A program made the translations under genes and the position numbers. Under the pieces are notes generated by a model. That model saw nothing but the letters and a program-made list of their open reading frames with translations, ran no database searches and was not told the origin of the DNA. From Dudresnaya verticillata (Eukaryota), in NCBI GenBank assembly GCA_977862235.1, contig OZ374557.1, positions 372,001 to 436,000 of the forward strand: 64,000 bases of DNA, given 5' to 3'. Of the stretch, positions 11,765 through 24,300 are shown in pieces (positions within the stretch are counted from its first letter, which is position 1; each line of letters starts with the position of its first letter).

Positions 11765-12215
11765 TTGGCTCGTAGAGTGGAGCCTGAGTACAAGAAGCCC
11801 TCAGATTGCGGAGAGGGTTCTTCCGGGTTGTGCGACAAGTTTTTCATGAAGCGCGCTGCCAAGTATCTTGTTGCTTCCGCAGTTGGACAGTTGTACTCGG
11901 ACTCGGAGAATTGCGAGGAAAACGATAACTACAAGCTGAAAAACGGAATTAGAGGAAGTATCGGAGCTGATCACGAGACGATGGCTTCCGTTGAGGCTCA
12001 AGCACGCCTGGAGACACTCGAAAGGGTCATGAAGAGAAACATAGACGTGAAAATGGGCCGGAAATCACTAGTTTGGAGCGGTCAAAGAATTGACAACCCT
12101 GTTATGACCCTAGTAGTTTCCAAGGATGAGGAGGCGTCGAACTATTTATGTTTCCTGAAGTCCCAGAATGAGAGGCGACTGGATCGACACAGAGTTAAAA
12201 GTCTGCGTTCAGTGT
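11765..12215 (+). pseudogene. Copy 2 of the unknown repeated gene, cut at the junction with gypsy fragment D
   Basis: KYLVASAVGQLYSDSE...LETLERVMKRNIDVKMGRKSLVWSGQRIDNPV...LCFLKSQNERRLDRHRVKSLRSV; homology to 4745-5115 ends at ~12215. Confidence 0.7.
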
Positions 12216-13970
12216 TGTCATCCCTGATCGACAGGGATGGTACATATGCTGGTTCTGCAGTGCGCTCGCGCACATCATGCACTCGTGCCCGTACCTTACG
12301 AAGTAAGAGCAGAAATAATGCGCATATGCGGTCTGCAACCATCGATTGGAAACTCAGCCGCATTTGCGCAATATGCTCCACCAGCTCATTCACGAGCGTG
12401 CACCAGCGGGATCAAGTACAAAGTACCCCGCAAGGCGATACGAGGCGACGCAGGGTCGGGAAATATGCTTCGATGCGAGAGATCCCCGCTGCAAATGGAC
12501 CGAAAAAGGTGCTGCGAAGAGCCGCAGGGGTACCAGGGGGATCGTCGAAACCCACGCCGCGAGTACCACCAAGGAGACGCACCACGGTTCAGCGACGCCC
12601 CTCTCCTTCTTGACGCGCCCCCGCGACCGACGCGGGGCACCACTGGGTAACGAAAAACCCAATGGAATCCGAGCAGGAAAGTTCGGTTTCTGAGGATAAT
12701 TCTGAATTGATCGATCCGGGAAACGAATAAAGCCGGCGCTGCTCGTACGGTCGCGCTAACATCTTTCCTCACACCAGACCCACCATCCGCTTCACAGTCG
12801 ACGGCGTCAGAAGCAGGATACTCCCGCGCCGAGTTCAGCGGCGCTTCTAAGGACGCGAACGACATCGAAAGCGGGGTCCCGATCGACGGGACGTCGAGGG
12901 CGTCACGCCATCCACCACCCTGGTCATCACGGCGTCGACGCAAGCGGCAGCCCAGGCACAAGAGGCGCTACATCCCCATTAGTGGCGGGCAGTTCCAGAT
13001 GTTCGACGCCAAATCACAGTGGCTCCGGGGATCGGTCCAGAGCCGGCCAGCATTCCCGATGGGTATGTGTCCATCCTTTCCGCGGAGATATACCGTTTGT
13101 GCATGTCCCTTGGTACGGATCCGCTGGTTATGATACCCCCACCATCGCGGTGGACATCGACTCCGGGCACAACCTCATCGGTCGTGGTGCGCTGCCCGCT
13201 GGCTGCGGCCTATTCGCTCAATGCCATATCGAAAGGGCCCCTCTATGCAAAAGCTTGTTCAATACGAGGTGGAGAACATGCTGCTTCCAGGGGTAATTGA
13301 ACCTGAGGTGTCGTCGTCGGAATGGGCATCGCCAGTCGTCCTGGCGCCCAATACGGACTGCACGCTCAGGTTTCGCGTGGACTATCGACGTCTCAACACG
13401 AAAAAACGGAGAGATGCAGACCCACTTCTGCACATGGATGACTGTATTGACAGTATTGGCGACGCGGCCATATTACCCATGCTGGATTGTAACTCCGGGT
13501 ACTGCAAAGGCCTGTCGCAGCGGGTGACAGGTATACGACCACGTTGACGACGTTTCTACGGACATTCCGCTACATGCGGATGCCCTTAGGACTGAAGAAC
13601 GCCCCGGCCACTTTACAGTGCGCTCTCGACAGCATACGTAGCGGAGTTGGATGGCAGTGCTGCCTCATCTATCTCGATGATGTGATCATATTCTCACCGT
13701 CGATCACGGAGCATGTCGGTCATCTCAACTGTGTTCTGACTTTGCTTCAAAAGGGCGGCGTGTCCCTGAAGCTGGAGAAGTGCCACTGTTTCTAGCCCCG
13801 CGTGGATTACCTCCGTCACGTGGTCGAGCCGGAAAAATACTCATGGCGAATACAAGCATCGACGCGTTCCAGCATGCGCAGTTCCCGGCCTCCCTAACGA
13901 AGGTGAGGTAGTTCCTCGGGGCGTGAAACGTCTACTACCGCTTCGTGAGGAACTTCGCGAAGATTGCCCT
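12216..13970 (+). mobile_element. Gypsy fragment D (gag zinc knuckle, protease N-terminus, RT), related to element C
   Basis: CWFCSALAHIMHSCPYLTK matches C gag CWFCREIVHLVYSCPYLTK; DGYVSILSAEIY...TIAVDIDSGHNLIGRGALP matches C protease; internal deletion near 13210; RT SEWASPVVLAP, VDYRRLN, LDCNSGY, YLDDV. Confidence 0.9.
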
Positions 13971-14399
13971 ACCCCTCATCCCTATTTCTAATCCGTGTTT
14001 TACTGTTAGTTTACAGTATTTAGTTCAATGTTAGCATTATCGCTCTAACTGAGCGGTTAGCATCTTTCCGGCTCCCGCCGTATTTAATAGGCCCCTGAGT
14101 ACCAGGGGGCCTGCATCAAACGGGCAGCGGTGTTTCCCTTGGGGGTTTCCCCTTTCTTGGACTCTCACGGTATCACCACTACAGACCCCATTCAGGCGTT
14201 TACAGGCCGTGCTACCTACGACGACTGCTCTAAGCAGTATGGTTCGCCCTTCCCTTCCCCCTCTTGCTCAGAGCTCGCAGCCCTTTCAACTCTTTACCAC
14301 GCCCTTTAGGAGCTACCAACCCCGCGAGTGGAATTGGCTTCAAGACAGCTGTCGCGCTGTGTTGCCGTCTGTTTTCTGGCTTGAAGCCATTCTACTACA
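13971..14399 (+). repeat. 5' LTR of A (first ~210 bp missing)
   Basis: Direct repeat of ~25483-25911; ends CA immediately before the PBS. Confidence 0.9.
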
Positions 14400-14400
14400 G

Positions 14401-14418
14401 TGGTCTCGTGACCTAGAA
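14401..14418 (+). promoter_or_regulatory. Primer-binding site of A
   Basis: tggtctcgtgacctagaa, 1 nt after the LTR end; variant of the B PBS tggtctcccgacctagaa. Confidence 0.85.
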
Positions 14419-16460
14419 CAACTTCTCTGGGTTAACCCTCTTTCTACCTTACCCTCGACGGGTCGAATCAAGACATTCAAGTCAGGACGGGTAGTCCGTT
14501 GAAGTTTCGAGAATCTTCCTTTCGAAGGGGTAAAACCCTAGTCGTCTAACTGTCAACGGTTTCTACGCTTTATTTCAAGCTCCGGAGTTACGTCAAATCT
14601 TGTGAGCAAGCAAAATACATTTACGGTTTTTAACCGTCCATAGAAGTACCCTTCAACGTCGCACTGACGCCCGGGTTGAGCTACTTCAACAGGTTTTCCG
14701 TGCATCCTGAGAAAACACGGGTAATAATACGGTTACGAACCGTCGATAAGCTGGGAAGAAGTCCCCGTTGCCTCGTGGGCTAAGCCGAATTTCGTACGAA
14801 AATGCGAACATCTAATGACGACACTACTCGGCCCGGGTGGAAGAGCCGGGGGGCTAGCCGGACTGGCAGTCTTGCATCCGTAAAGACGATTAAGGTCCGC
14901 ACCCGCGCGGTTTCAACCGCCCTTACAAGAAATCCGGAAACGGATGAGCCAGGACGTCCGCCAAGAATGATGGACCCCCCGGCTGGAGAAGAAGTACCTG
15001 GACCAGGTATGTATCAGATCCCGGAGGGAGAAGATACGGTTCGAACCGTCGGAGACATCCCCGCTGACATCGGGGAATATGGGTTCGAACCCGGAAACGA
15101 TGCCGCCACCCATGGCTTTAGCCAGTCTACAAGCCGAGGGCGGACGAGCCCTAGAAGAAGAAATAGCGGCAACCCCGAACGTGGGGTTGCCGACAAGAAC
15201 GAATTACAATTCGTCGGGTGTGCGCTGCTGCACGGAATTTGAAATAGGACGCCTAGTCGAATTGGGAACCGAGCGGGCATTAACGACGAGCGTCGTAGCG
15301 CTCCAGGAAAGCCAAGACGATGATACCTTTTCAAAGGTGAAGAGATATTTCGACGAGGCGTCGGCGCGCCGTGACGACCACCTGCTGGCCAAATGTCAAC
15401 AAGAGATCGAATCTCGATTCCGACAAGGTCCTCTTGGAAGAGGATTAGAAGAAGAAAGGGTCGAAACCCTGCAAGCCCAAGTTGATTCACTGGGTGACCA
15501 GTTGGACGCCGTCCATGGAAAGTCCGTACGATTACCAAGGTTACCGACCTTACTCGAGGGGAAGCCGTAATGGCTATAGAAGACGTTCGTAGAAACGTAG
15601 ACGACACAAGGTGTGTCGAACAAGACAGAGCTATCGAGCTATTAAGACAAGAGCTTGACGCAGAAAAGCGGAAGGTAACATTGCTCAAAGCAAAGATGCG
15701 GCGACTCAGTCGCGAGAGGGATTTAATCCCTGAGGTCGAGAGGCGACGCTCCCCCGTGCCCCGTAGTACGCGAGACCGTCGCAGGACGTCTCCGAGACGT
15801 GACGCGGATGTTGAGTCTGGGAATGACGAATTTGATCGTGGAAGGTCTGAACACCGCCGGTGCGATTGCCGGACGGCGCACGGATCCAACGGATGTCGCA
15901 GAGGACTCCCGAGAAGACCTGCTTTCTAGCCGTGGATTCGAAGAACAACGTCACAGCCGCTTACATCATACCCCGATGCAATTGGATGAGGACGAACCAA
16001 CGTCTAGAGGCCTTTCCAGACCTTTTTGGAGTTCCTGCCGAGGACCCCGTCGATCGGGAATCAACGCGTTAGCTCCGCGCAACCCTGCTTTTACACAGGT
16101 CTTTTTGTACCGGAGATGCCGGTTGCTCAACGTCGATTCATATCGAGGACTGGAGGCGACTGAAGCCAAATCGAAGAAGGTTTATTAGATTATTCCCGTG
16201 ATGAGAAGTCGAAGATTTGATGGGAGTAACCCTGTTGCTATTATTAGCTTTCCAGCCACCTTGAAGCGACAGCTTGATCAAGCTCAAGTGAGTGAAGGCG
16301 CGGTCATCCTGTTCATACCAGCGTTCCTTGAAAAGGATGCAAAGCACATGTGATAGGCAAACTTTGATGCAGCCGGAGGCGATAACGGCGGATTCAACGA
16401 ATGGCCGGAAGCCATCAATTATCTTCTGCGTACATACCCCAAAGATGTTTACATTGAGAA

Positions 16461-16646
16461 TACAAGTCGCACCGCCTTCGGCGCGGGACGGCACTGAGTG
16501 CTGGTAAGATAATCCCCGCGCCGAAGGTAGGCGCGGGGTGTAACGCCGGTCGCGCGACACAAAAGTAAAGGACCAAATTAACAAATCAGGCGCACAGCAA
16601 AGGTGTCGGCTGTAAGGTGCACCATCCCGCCAATCAATGGTGAGCT

Positions 16647-16695
<49 letters not shown>

Positions 16696-16877
16696 TGCTG
16701 ATTTTTTTCATTGGCGCTGCGGCCATGTATTTTAGATATAATTTCGGATGCGTAGAAACTATTGTGGCGCCAAGTGGATTTGTTGCTGCATCGATATAGA
16801 ATTTTGTTTATTTTCCGAGACTTGGCCGGGCTAATACTACCCTTTGGGCGGTCATACCCCTACAAATTCTTACTATA
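16461..16877. mobile_element. ~415-bp non-coding insertion in A gag (non-autonomous element, possibly Helitron-like)
   Basis: Interrupts gag between TYPKDVYIE and EMDTMTQ (contiguous in B as TYATDEVIAQVYSDVISLRQ); GC hairpins near the left end; no terminal inverted repeats seen. Confidence 0.7.
16648..16692 (+). repeat. (TGC)15 microsatellite
   Basis: Perfect trinucleotide run inside the insertion. Confidence 0.95.
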
Positions 16878-19800
16878 AGGCAAATTTCTTCAGAAATGGA
16901 CACGATGACTCAAGAGTCAGCCGAGGATAAAGTTACGTTTTCTAGACGTCTGCAAAACAAGGCGAGAAAGGTCGCTGGAGTTTACTCCGAACAGGACTTC
17001 ATCACGCGTTTTATACGCGGGCTGCCACCAGTGGTCAAACCGCTCTTGAGTACGTCGTCCTTGAATCCTCTCTCTGCGCAATTGGCGGATACTATGTGGA
17101 GCTGGCGACAGTGCAGGCAATTCGCACCGCGTCCTAGCGGGTGGCAGACGTCTTAGGAAAGCGAGCTCATCGCTACCTCATAAAACCCTGGCACGGGTCA
17201 AGACTCACAAGTCAGGACGCGCCCTCCTCATTCGTCAAAACAGAACTCAGAGGTCCTCGGATTCCGGCACTTCAAAGAGCAGTAGCTCTGACGTGGACAG
17301 CGAAGACGCTGTCGTAGCAGCCATTGATAGTGAAGCGCTGCCTTCTACAGTGACCCATTCAGACTCGTGGTCTGGTACTCCAAGTGACCAACCGTATTAC
17401 GGTGAAGTGGACGCAGTTCTTCAGAACTACAATCACAGGCTACCTGCATGGGCACAGCCAACGAGGAATCAACATCCATCATGGGTGACTGCCGAGGACA
17501 TGCCGAACGACATCTGCTTCGAGTGTTTTGGGGTGGGCCGCAAAAAAGGCCCAAGTGTCCATATCTGGCTCGTACGGATGAACCGTTATTTGAGGCTTTA
17601 ATACGCCAGCCGTTTCATCAACTGTCTCGTGAACAAAAGGAATGGTTAGCCACCATAGGGCGCCTGACCGATTTTGCAAACGGGAACACCCGCAGGGAGC
17701 TTCACTATTATGAATCGTCAGGACGTGGGGCAGGGACATCGACAGGGCCTCCTCAAACGTTGGGGCCTGCCCCCGGCAGAAATACCCATGTTTACTTTCA
17801 AGGAGGGTTAAACCACGCAGTGGACGCGCCGCGACAGCAACCACCGGAACCACGGTCGCCAAGACCAGGGTCACGAACCCTTCCGCCGCCTCCACCGCTA
17901 CCGCGCTCGCGTACTAGTAGGACGAAAAACTAGCTAGGGGGAACCGGTTTCGGTTCACTGGGCGACTCCAGTCGTATCAGTCATATCGGAACCCCCCGAT
18001 CGCTCGGAGGAATGAGACTTCCGAGGCGCTTCCTCAACCGACCGATCGGTGTCATCGAGACTTCCATCTCGTCTTCCAAAGAACATATTAGCACACCCGT
18101 GGGCCTACCCCCGGGTCTAAGTATCATGAGTATGTTAAGGACCCAATCTGCTCGCTCTCGCGATACAACTATGAAGTTGTCGCATCCATTGCGACCTCTT
18201 TTGAATATTTAAAGCAAGTTATCTCAGTACTGGACATGAGCGCGGGCCCTGATCTAATCCGAGCCAACGTGTTATCTTTGGAAGACAGGAAGAGGATTTC
18301 ATCAACCCGATCGATCGTCAATCTAACAACGGCCTCAACCCATCGTCTAACAACATTAAGAATGATCTCACTTGCCGTCAGAATTGGTGGCTACACAGTT
18401 CGTCAAACAATCGTCGTGGTTAAGGCTTTGGCAGTCGATATGATCTTAGGATATACCTATATCGATACCCACGTCGAGGGGTTGCGAGTTCGTAAAAAAA
18501 ACGTCGCCCTGCGAGACGGCTCTGTGCACCCGATTCTACGACTCCGCTGCGGAAACCCGCGATGTGCAAGCTCAGGCAAACCTATGGAGGTACCTCCTCT
18601 ACCTAGCTCGCGACTTGTGAGAGTTGCCCTAACAACTACCTTGAAACCCGGTTCGGAAACCCGGGTCGCCGCCACGTGTGCGGCTACAGGAATTCACTTC
18701 CTAGATTATTTCAACGGCTGTACGACCGTCAACAAGTAGTCTTCACGAACGGAATCGTCAAGCTTCAAGAGAACGTTCTGTTCCGCGTCAAGATCGCCAA
18801 CTTTTCGTCCCGCGTGCAGCGGTTAAACAACAACCAAGTGATTGGTCGCACTATCCCAGCTCCCACGGCCACGCCGGTTTATTCCGTTTCCATCGACAAT
18901 GTCCTTGCCAAATCGGTCCCCATGTCAAATGACTCGAGTCCTCGTGCAGAGACATCCTTCGATGTAGGGGGCAGGGCCGGCTGCTGCTCGCGGCGCGACT
19001 GATTCCAAACCAGGCGTTTAAACCGCTGCCGAAAACCTAACGGTTGACGACCTGGCATTAGAACATCTTTCTACGTCTGACATACGCCGCTTCCGCAAAA
19101 TGTTACGACCTTTCGTTGGCATGTGGAGCGGGAAACCTGGGACCATCAAGGTCACAGAGCATCGTATCGAGTTCACGGACGGGTCCAAACCCGTATTTGC
19201 GCAACCATATCCGTCAGGACCGAAAGCGTGACAAGCCTAACAAGACGATTTTGATAAGATGCTCAAGGAAGGAGTCATAAAGCCTGCGCGCTCGACGTTT
19301 CCAAGCCCAGTGGTACTGGTTATGATGCCTGACGGATCTCTCCGTTTCTGTGTCGATAATAGGAAGCTGAATGCGATCACAATTAAGGATTCATATCCTC
19401 TACCTCGAATGGATGAGTGTTTAGACTCATTGGGCGACGCCCAATGCCCAATATTTTGCAACTCTCGATTTTAATTCGGAGTACTGACAAATACCCGTCG
19501 CAGCGAAAGAAAGATCAAACAGCGTTGACCTGCCATGCAGGTTGTTTCCGGTTCTGCCGAATGCCATTCGGATTTTGCAGTGCGCAGGCGACCTTTCAGA
19601 GAACCGTTGATATTCCATTATCGGGTAACCGATGGAAGTTCTGTCTCGTCTACTTGGATTATATCACAATCTTCTCAAAACGTGTCCAAGAACACGTAGG
19701 TCATGTTCAAGAAATACTCTCGGTATTCAAAAGAAGCGGGAGTCTCGCTGAAGCTTAAGAAGTGTAACTTCTTCACAAAGAGCGTGGATTATCTCGGACA

Positions 19801-20514
19801 TGTGATCCGACCAGGACTACTGGAAGTAGCTACAAAGAACACGCAAGCCATTGAAGGATTCAAGGAGCCAACGACGCGAACGCAACTGCGATCGTTTATT
19901 CGACCGTGTAAAGTGTATAGACGCCTTGTGCCGAACTTCGCACGCGTCGCGTTACCACTTACTAGACTTCTACAGAAGGATGTTGGATTTGAAATACCAC
20001 CATTCGGCGAACAACAATGCGAAGCGTTAGGTTTATTGAAGAAGACGCTAATAACGCGACCGATTCTCCGACTTACAAAAGAGCATAGACCTCTATTGGT
20101 GGATACCGATGCTTGGAGCTCTAGGGCTAGCCCCACCCATTTTGGAGGCTACTCCTGGAAATGTGGAACCAGCAGGGCCAGCTCTTGATTCAATAACCAC
20201 CAACGGTCTGGGCGTCTTATAGTCGACGACCCTTGTAAGAGAGGATCCGCTGGCAGCGGGCGCGGAACACGCAAATGTGGAGACTGTCGCCCCTCCGCGG
20301 GAAGAGGGTATCGATAATGACGCTGGCCCGGGTTCTGCCACCGTATCCCCTCACGATGAGGTTATCATACCGTCTGGTCTGAATGATACGGGCTAACGGT
20401 CACCCAGGGCCTAACTCCTCCTCAAGCCCATGACGAACTGGTCTCCCCTAATGTAGACGGGACGACTCCGGGTCGTACGTTTTCACGCTTCAAGAAAGCT
20501 CCCCCGCGGGAGTG

Positions 20515-20655
20515 TGTTTATGACAAATTTTTCGACTACGACGCCGAGTTGAAACTGTATAAGGTGCGCTGGTACCAGTGCCCTGCATCGCAGGGCACAT
20601 GGGAACCGCTAGAACACTTCCGGGCGAATCTAGTTAAACGGTATCACCATGCGAA
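20515..20655 (+). pseudogene. Integrase C-terminal chromodomain of A
   Basis: YDKFFDYDAELKLYKVRWYQCPASQGTWEPLEHFRANLVKRY. Confidence 0.85.
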
Positions 20656-22252
20656 GGGGATTCCTCCCCGGATGAATAGCCACTGGTCGACCATTCTCAT
20701 GATGCCTCGAGCGTCATAATTTGGTTCTACACCGCGGCGCGCTTGTGCGCGTAACCCTACGATAGGCGGAAGCCTTATAAGGAAAGCGAACGTAACATCC
20801 GATTGCGGATCGCCGAATCTGCCCACGGGATAGCAATGGCTATGCCCATGTATATTAGTATAGCTCAACGCGGTTGACCCCTTTTGGAAATTGGAAATAG
20901 ATAGATGTACAGAAAGTTGGAAATCTTGGAGAGATGCTTGGATAGATGAACGGGAAGTTCAAGTTCTGCATATGAGTTGAAGATCAAGATTGGATAGATG
21001 TTAAAAAGGGTGACCTGAACGTCCAAGAAAATGGATAGATGAGTTGGAAACGCAAGACTGGGCGATTGGTATAGGGCTCAGGACCCAGAGGAAAGGTGGT
21101 GTGGACTACTACAGTAGTAACGCGCCTTGTTAAGTCAAGGCGATGAGCGGTTACAACTACGATGCGGTCAAAGCAAGTTCAAAGCATGTTGGAGATACGT
21201 GCTCGCGTTGGCTATTGTTATAGCTTCATTTGATCTATTGTCTATCCGCTGCAGCAGGACGACGCCTCCCCACACGTACGCATCAGGCCGCTAGATAGCT
21301 AGACTAGTCGTATCACCGGCATTGACGCCAAAAGATCGGATCAGCTCTCCTCTAATGGAAAAGTTGAAGACCGTAAGCTCGATGAGAGCTCTTGTCCGTT
21401 GACTGAAGTCAAGCGACTGGCGCGCTATAGCCAATGTGGTTACAGTGTAACTACACGGATTGCAAGCCGTCGACAAAGAAAGCCCCTGAATTCTGCTGAA
21501 AGCTTTTGCTGAAGCTCTCCGAAGCCATGACGCCTTCCACCCGCGAGGCGGTCTAAGGAAGGACGTGAAGCCTCCCTATCCTTTTATGGGCGGTGGTCTA
21601 TGGGGACGATCTATTCCCTCCGAAAAACGATCTGCACCAGATTGACGCGAAGGGGTGCCCTCGCGGGCGCCGTGTCGATCCCTGACCCCACTGGTGTGAG
21701 GGAGGCGGATGCATACGCGAATGAAAATTCGTTGGGAAATTCATCCACGAATCAAAATTCGTCTGGCGAAGAGTCACGCGAACTGGCGCCAAAAAGTGCC
21801 CTCCTATACAGTACCGCTGATTTATACTGTAGAGGGGACATGGTCATTGCTGGTACCCCTTCGACTGGTTGACATCACAAGGGAGGCGGATTGACGCACA
21901 AATGACATTCATCTGGGCGTTTCTACGCCACAGAGCGTGTACCATGGTCCCGTGGTGCCCCGGTACCATGCCACCTCGGCAGGAGCAAAGGGCACCGCCA
22001 CGTAACTCCTCCAAGAAGTACTGAGCACATTTTCGACAAAACGCCGACGCGAGCGGCGAGCTCTGGAAGCGATGACCAGAAGTAGACCAGTCGCCTTGAT
22101 GAGGCCCCAGACAAAGGAATCATCTGGCATGAATGGATCCGGCTTTCAGCAGTAGGAAGAAAACGATATCAAAGCTTTACTTTAGCGGTTAAGCCACTCT
22201 TACCCAAGCAGTGAATAACAATGGCTGTTAGCCACGACATAAGCGCGTTGGC

Positions 22253-24300
22253 TTAATCCGATAACAGGTCAATAACCTCATCCTCGCAAAACGGAGTCGG
22301 CTGTGGAGCCGACTGAGAAAGGACCACGCGGTGGAATTCCCGCACTGTGCGACGACTGCGGCCCAAGCAGCGAGAGCCACGACCACGCCCGGGCCCCGCG
22401 TCATCGTTAACTACCAGGCTAACAGTCGGTGATGTATCGGTGTCCATAGCGTCTAAGCCACTCGTTAGTACACCGCTCGCAGCAGGTTCCTCTTCGGCCT
22501 CTTCGTTGATGACTAACCCAGTCTTAACGACTACGTCGTCTGAAGAGGCTGCGATCCTGTTCGATTGAGATGGGCCACCCTATTCATCGACAGCGGGCTT
22601 TGAGACCTCACCGTCCTGATCCTGTGGCACAGGTACAACAGCGGCCACCCCGGTCAACACTTCCTCCGTGGCTTAAGGGCCACGGCGGGGAACGTCTTCC
22701 CCAAGTAACGCGCCCACGCGGGCGAAGCCGGATAAACCCGTAGTCGGTGCTTCAAGGGTCGGAGCCGCCCCCGCTGCTATCGAAGAAGAAGTTTAAAAGA
22801 CCGCCACCGAAGGCGTGGTAACCGACATAAATGCTGAAACTGTCGCCTTAAAGCCGGCTATGGATAAATCCTCGTGCAAAATCGCTGCGGGATTGTCACG
22901 CATATTAGCACGAGGATTCTTATCTTCGACTCCCGTCGACTATTTCTTGATGCCAGACGCGCTATCGTGGCCAATACCGCGACGCGGTTTGACGTCCCCG
23001 CCCCGCGAACGACCGGACAGAGGAGGAAGAGCGGCGAAGTGAGCTCGCAGACGCTCCATTTGTTCAACCGGACCCGGAATCTGCAACCAATTGGACTCAT
23101 AGTCCACTATGACCTTCTCCACCCCTTCTGCCAGACTATGTATGTTGAGATGACGCATGTTCCAATGGTAAGCTAACCTGATGGCTGAATCACGTCGGTT
23201 GAAGACGTCTCGGATAACGTGGTCTGCTATTGAAAATCCCATAGCCGAAGGAGCATGAGGGCCCTGGAACTGCCCGTCAACAGTCTCGTCGAAGACGGGA
23301 ACTTGCTCGGGTCTCAGGACCCGGTTCCCGCCAACGGAAACAAACCCACTCGGCTGTAACCCCGGTCATACAAGTGCCCCCATCAAGGATAATTGGCTTC
23401 ACCTCGGATGGCTCCGGCTGTATGAGATACTCCGGTAGCATCGGATGCCACTTCTGCAGTTCAGAATCAACCTAATCACCACTGTTGTAAACGGGCATCA
23501 GATGACCAGTGTTGTCTGGTAGATGTCGGTTGCGCTTGGTAATTTCAATCCAGCGAATACGCTCGATGAAGATGAGCAGGGCTTCTAAATCCTTTTCGTC
23601 GTCTGCATCAGCAGCTAAGTCCTTGAGGCCTAACGCCCAAATTGCTGCCCGTAATGCTTGACCCATGAAGTATAGCATACCACGACGTGCCTCATACATC
23701 AGCGTCTGAGTAATGAGAACGACTCACTCATGGCGGAAAATGCCCGAAAGAACGCTATCGCTCCAAAGCGCGCTATCATCCATGGCTTTACCCATCATAT
23801 CTAGGCCGAGATATGTGAGGATAGTCGGTGTCCCGACCGCCATGGAGTATGAGACCTCGACGTTGTTGTGGTCGTCCGGTATCTGGGGATACTTAGCATT
23901 ATACCACTCCGGCTTGATAGCCGTCACTTCCTGTCAATGACACGGTATGAAGAAAACAATCTTGTGCCTCTGTCACCGCTCGAAGCGAGCGTGTTCCAAC
24001 GACATAGCCGTCTGCGGGTTATCCAACGCATATTTCAAGTTGGATGAATCGTCCCACCGCACAACGCGGGCCAGTGTATACCGGAAGTTATCCCTGCCTT
24101 GCAGAATGCGTTCCCGCCCATGTATCACCAAACGTCGGTCCCACTCTCCACTCTGGTGGATCCCATGAAACATCAAGGCGCGGTATTGGTGCCGGTCAAG
24201 ATACCCACGCGTGTACGCATGAGACGGTTCCAAACACGGCTCTGAGCCCTCCAACCACCGATGCGACGCACCTTCTCACGACTAGCCCCCGCACGCACCT
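22253..24300 (-). pseudogene. Antisense accessory ORF of A (unknown protein)
   Basis: ORFs 23973-24254, 23724-23927 and 23472-23699 share one frame separated by stops; continues after a frameshift through 22940-23242 to ...EVIDLLSD* at 22253; homologous to the B antisense ORF. Confidence 0.75.

Noticed and set aside
4745..12215. The inverted homologous segments as TIRs of one giant element
   Set aside because: They are coding-like, only about 70% identical, with no shared sharp outer boundary or TSD.
12219..12239. Hairpin CATCCCTG-atcga-CAGGGATG preceded by TGT, suggesting an LTR start or terminal signal
   Set aside because: It lies in the gag frame of fragment D (VIPDRQGWYICWFC, homologous to C's MIPRNQDAWPCWFC); probably coincidental.
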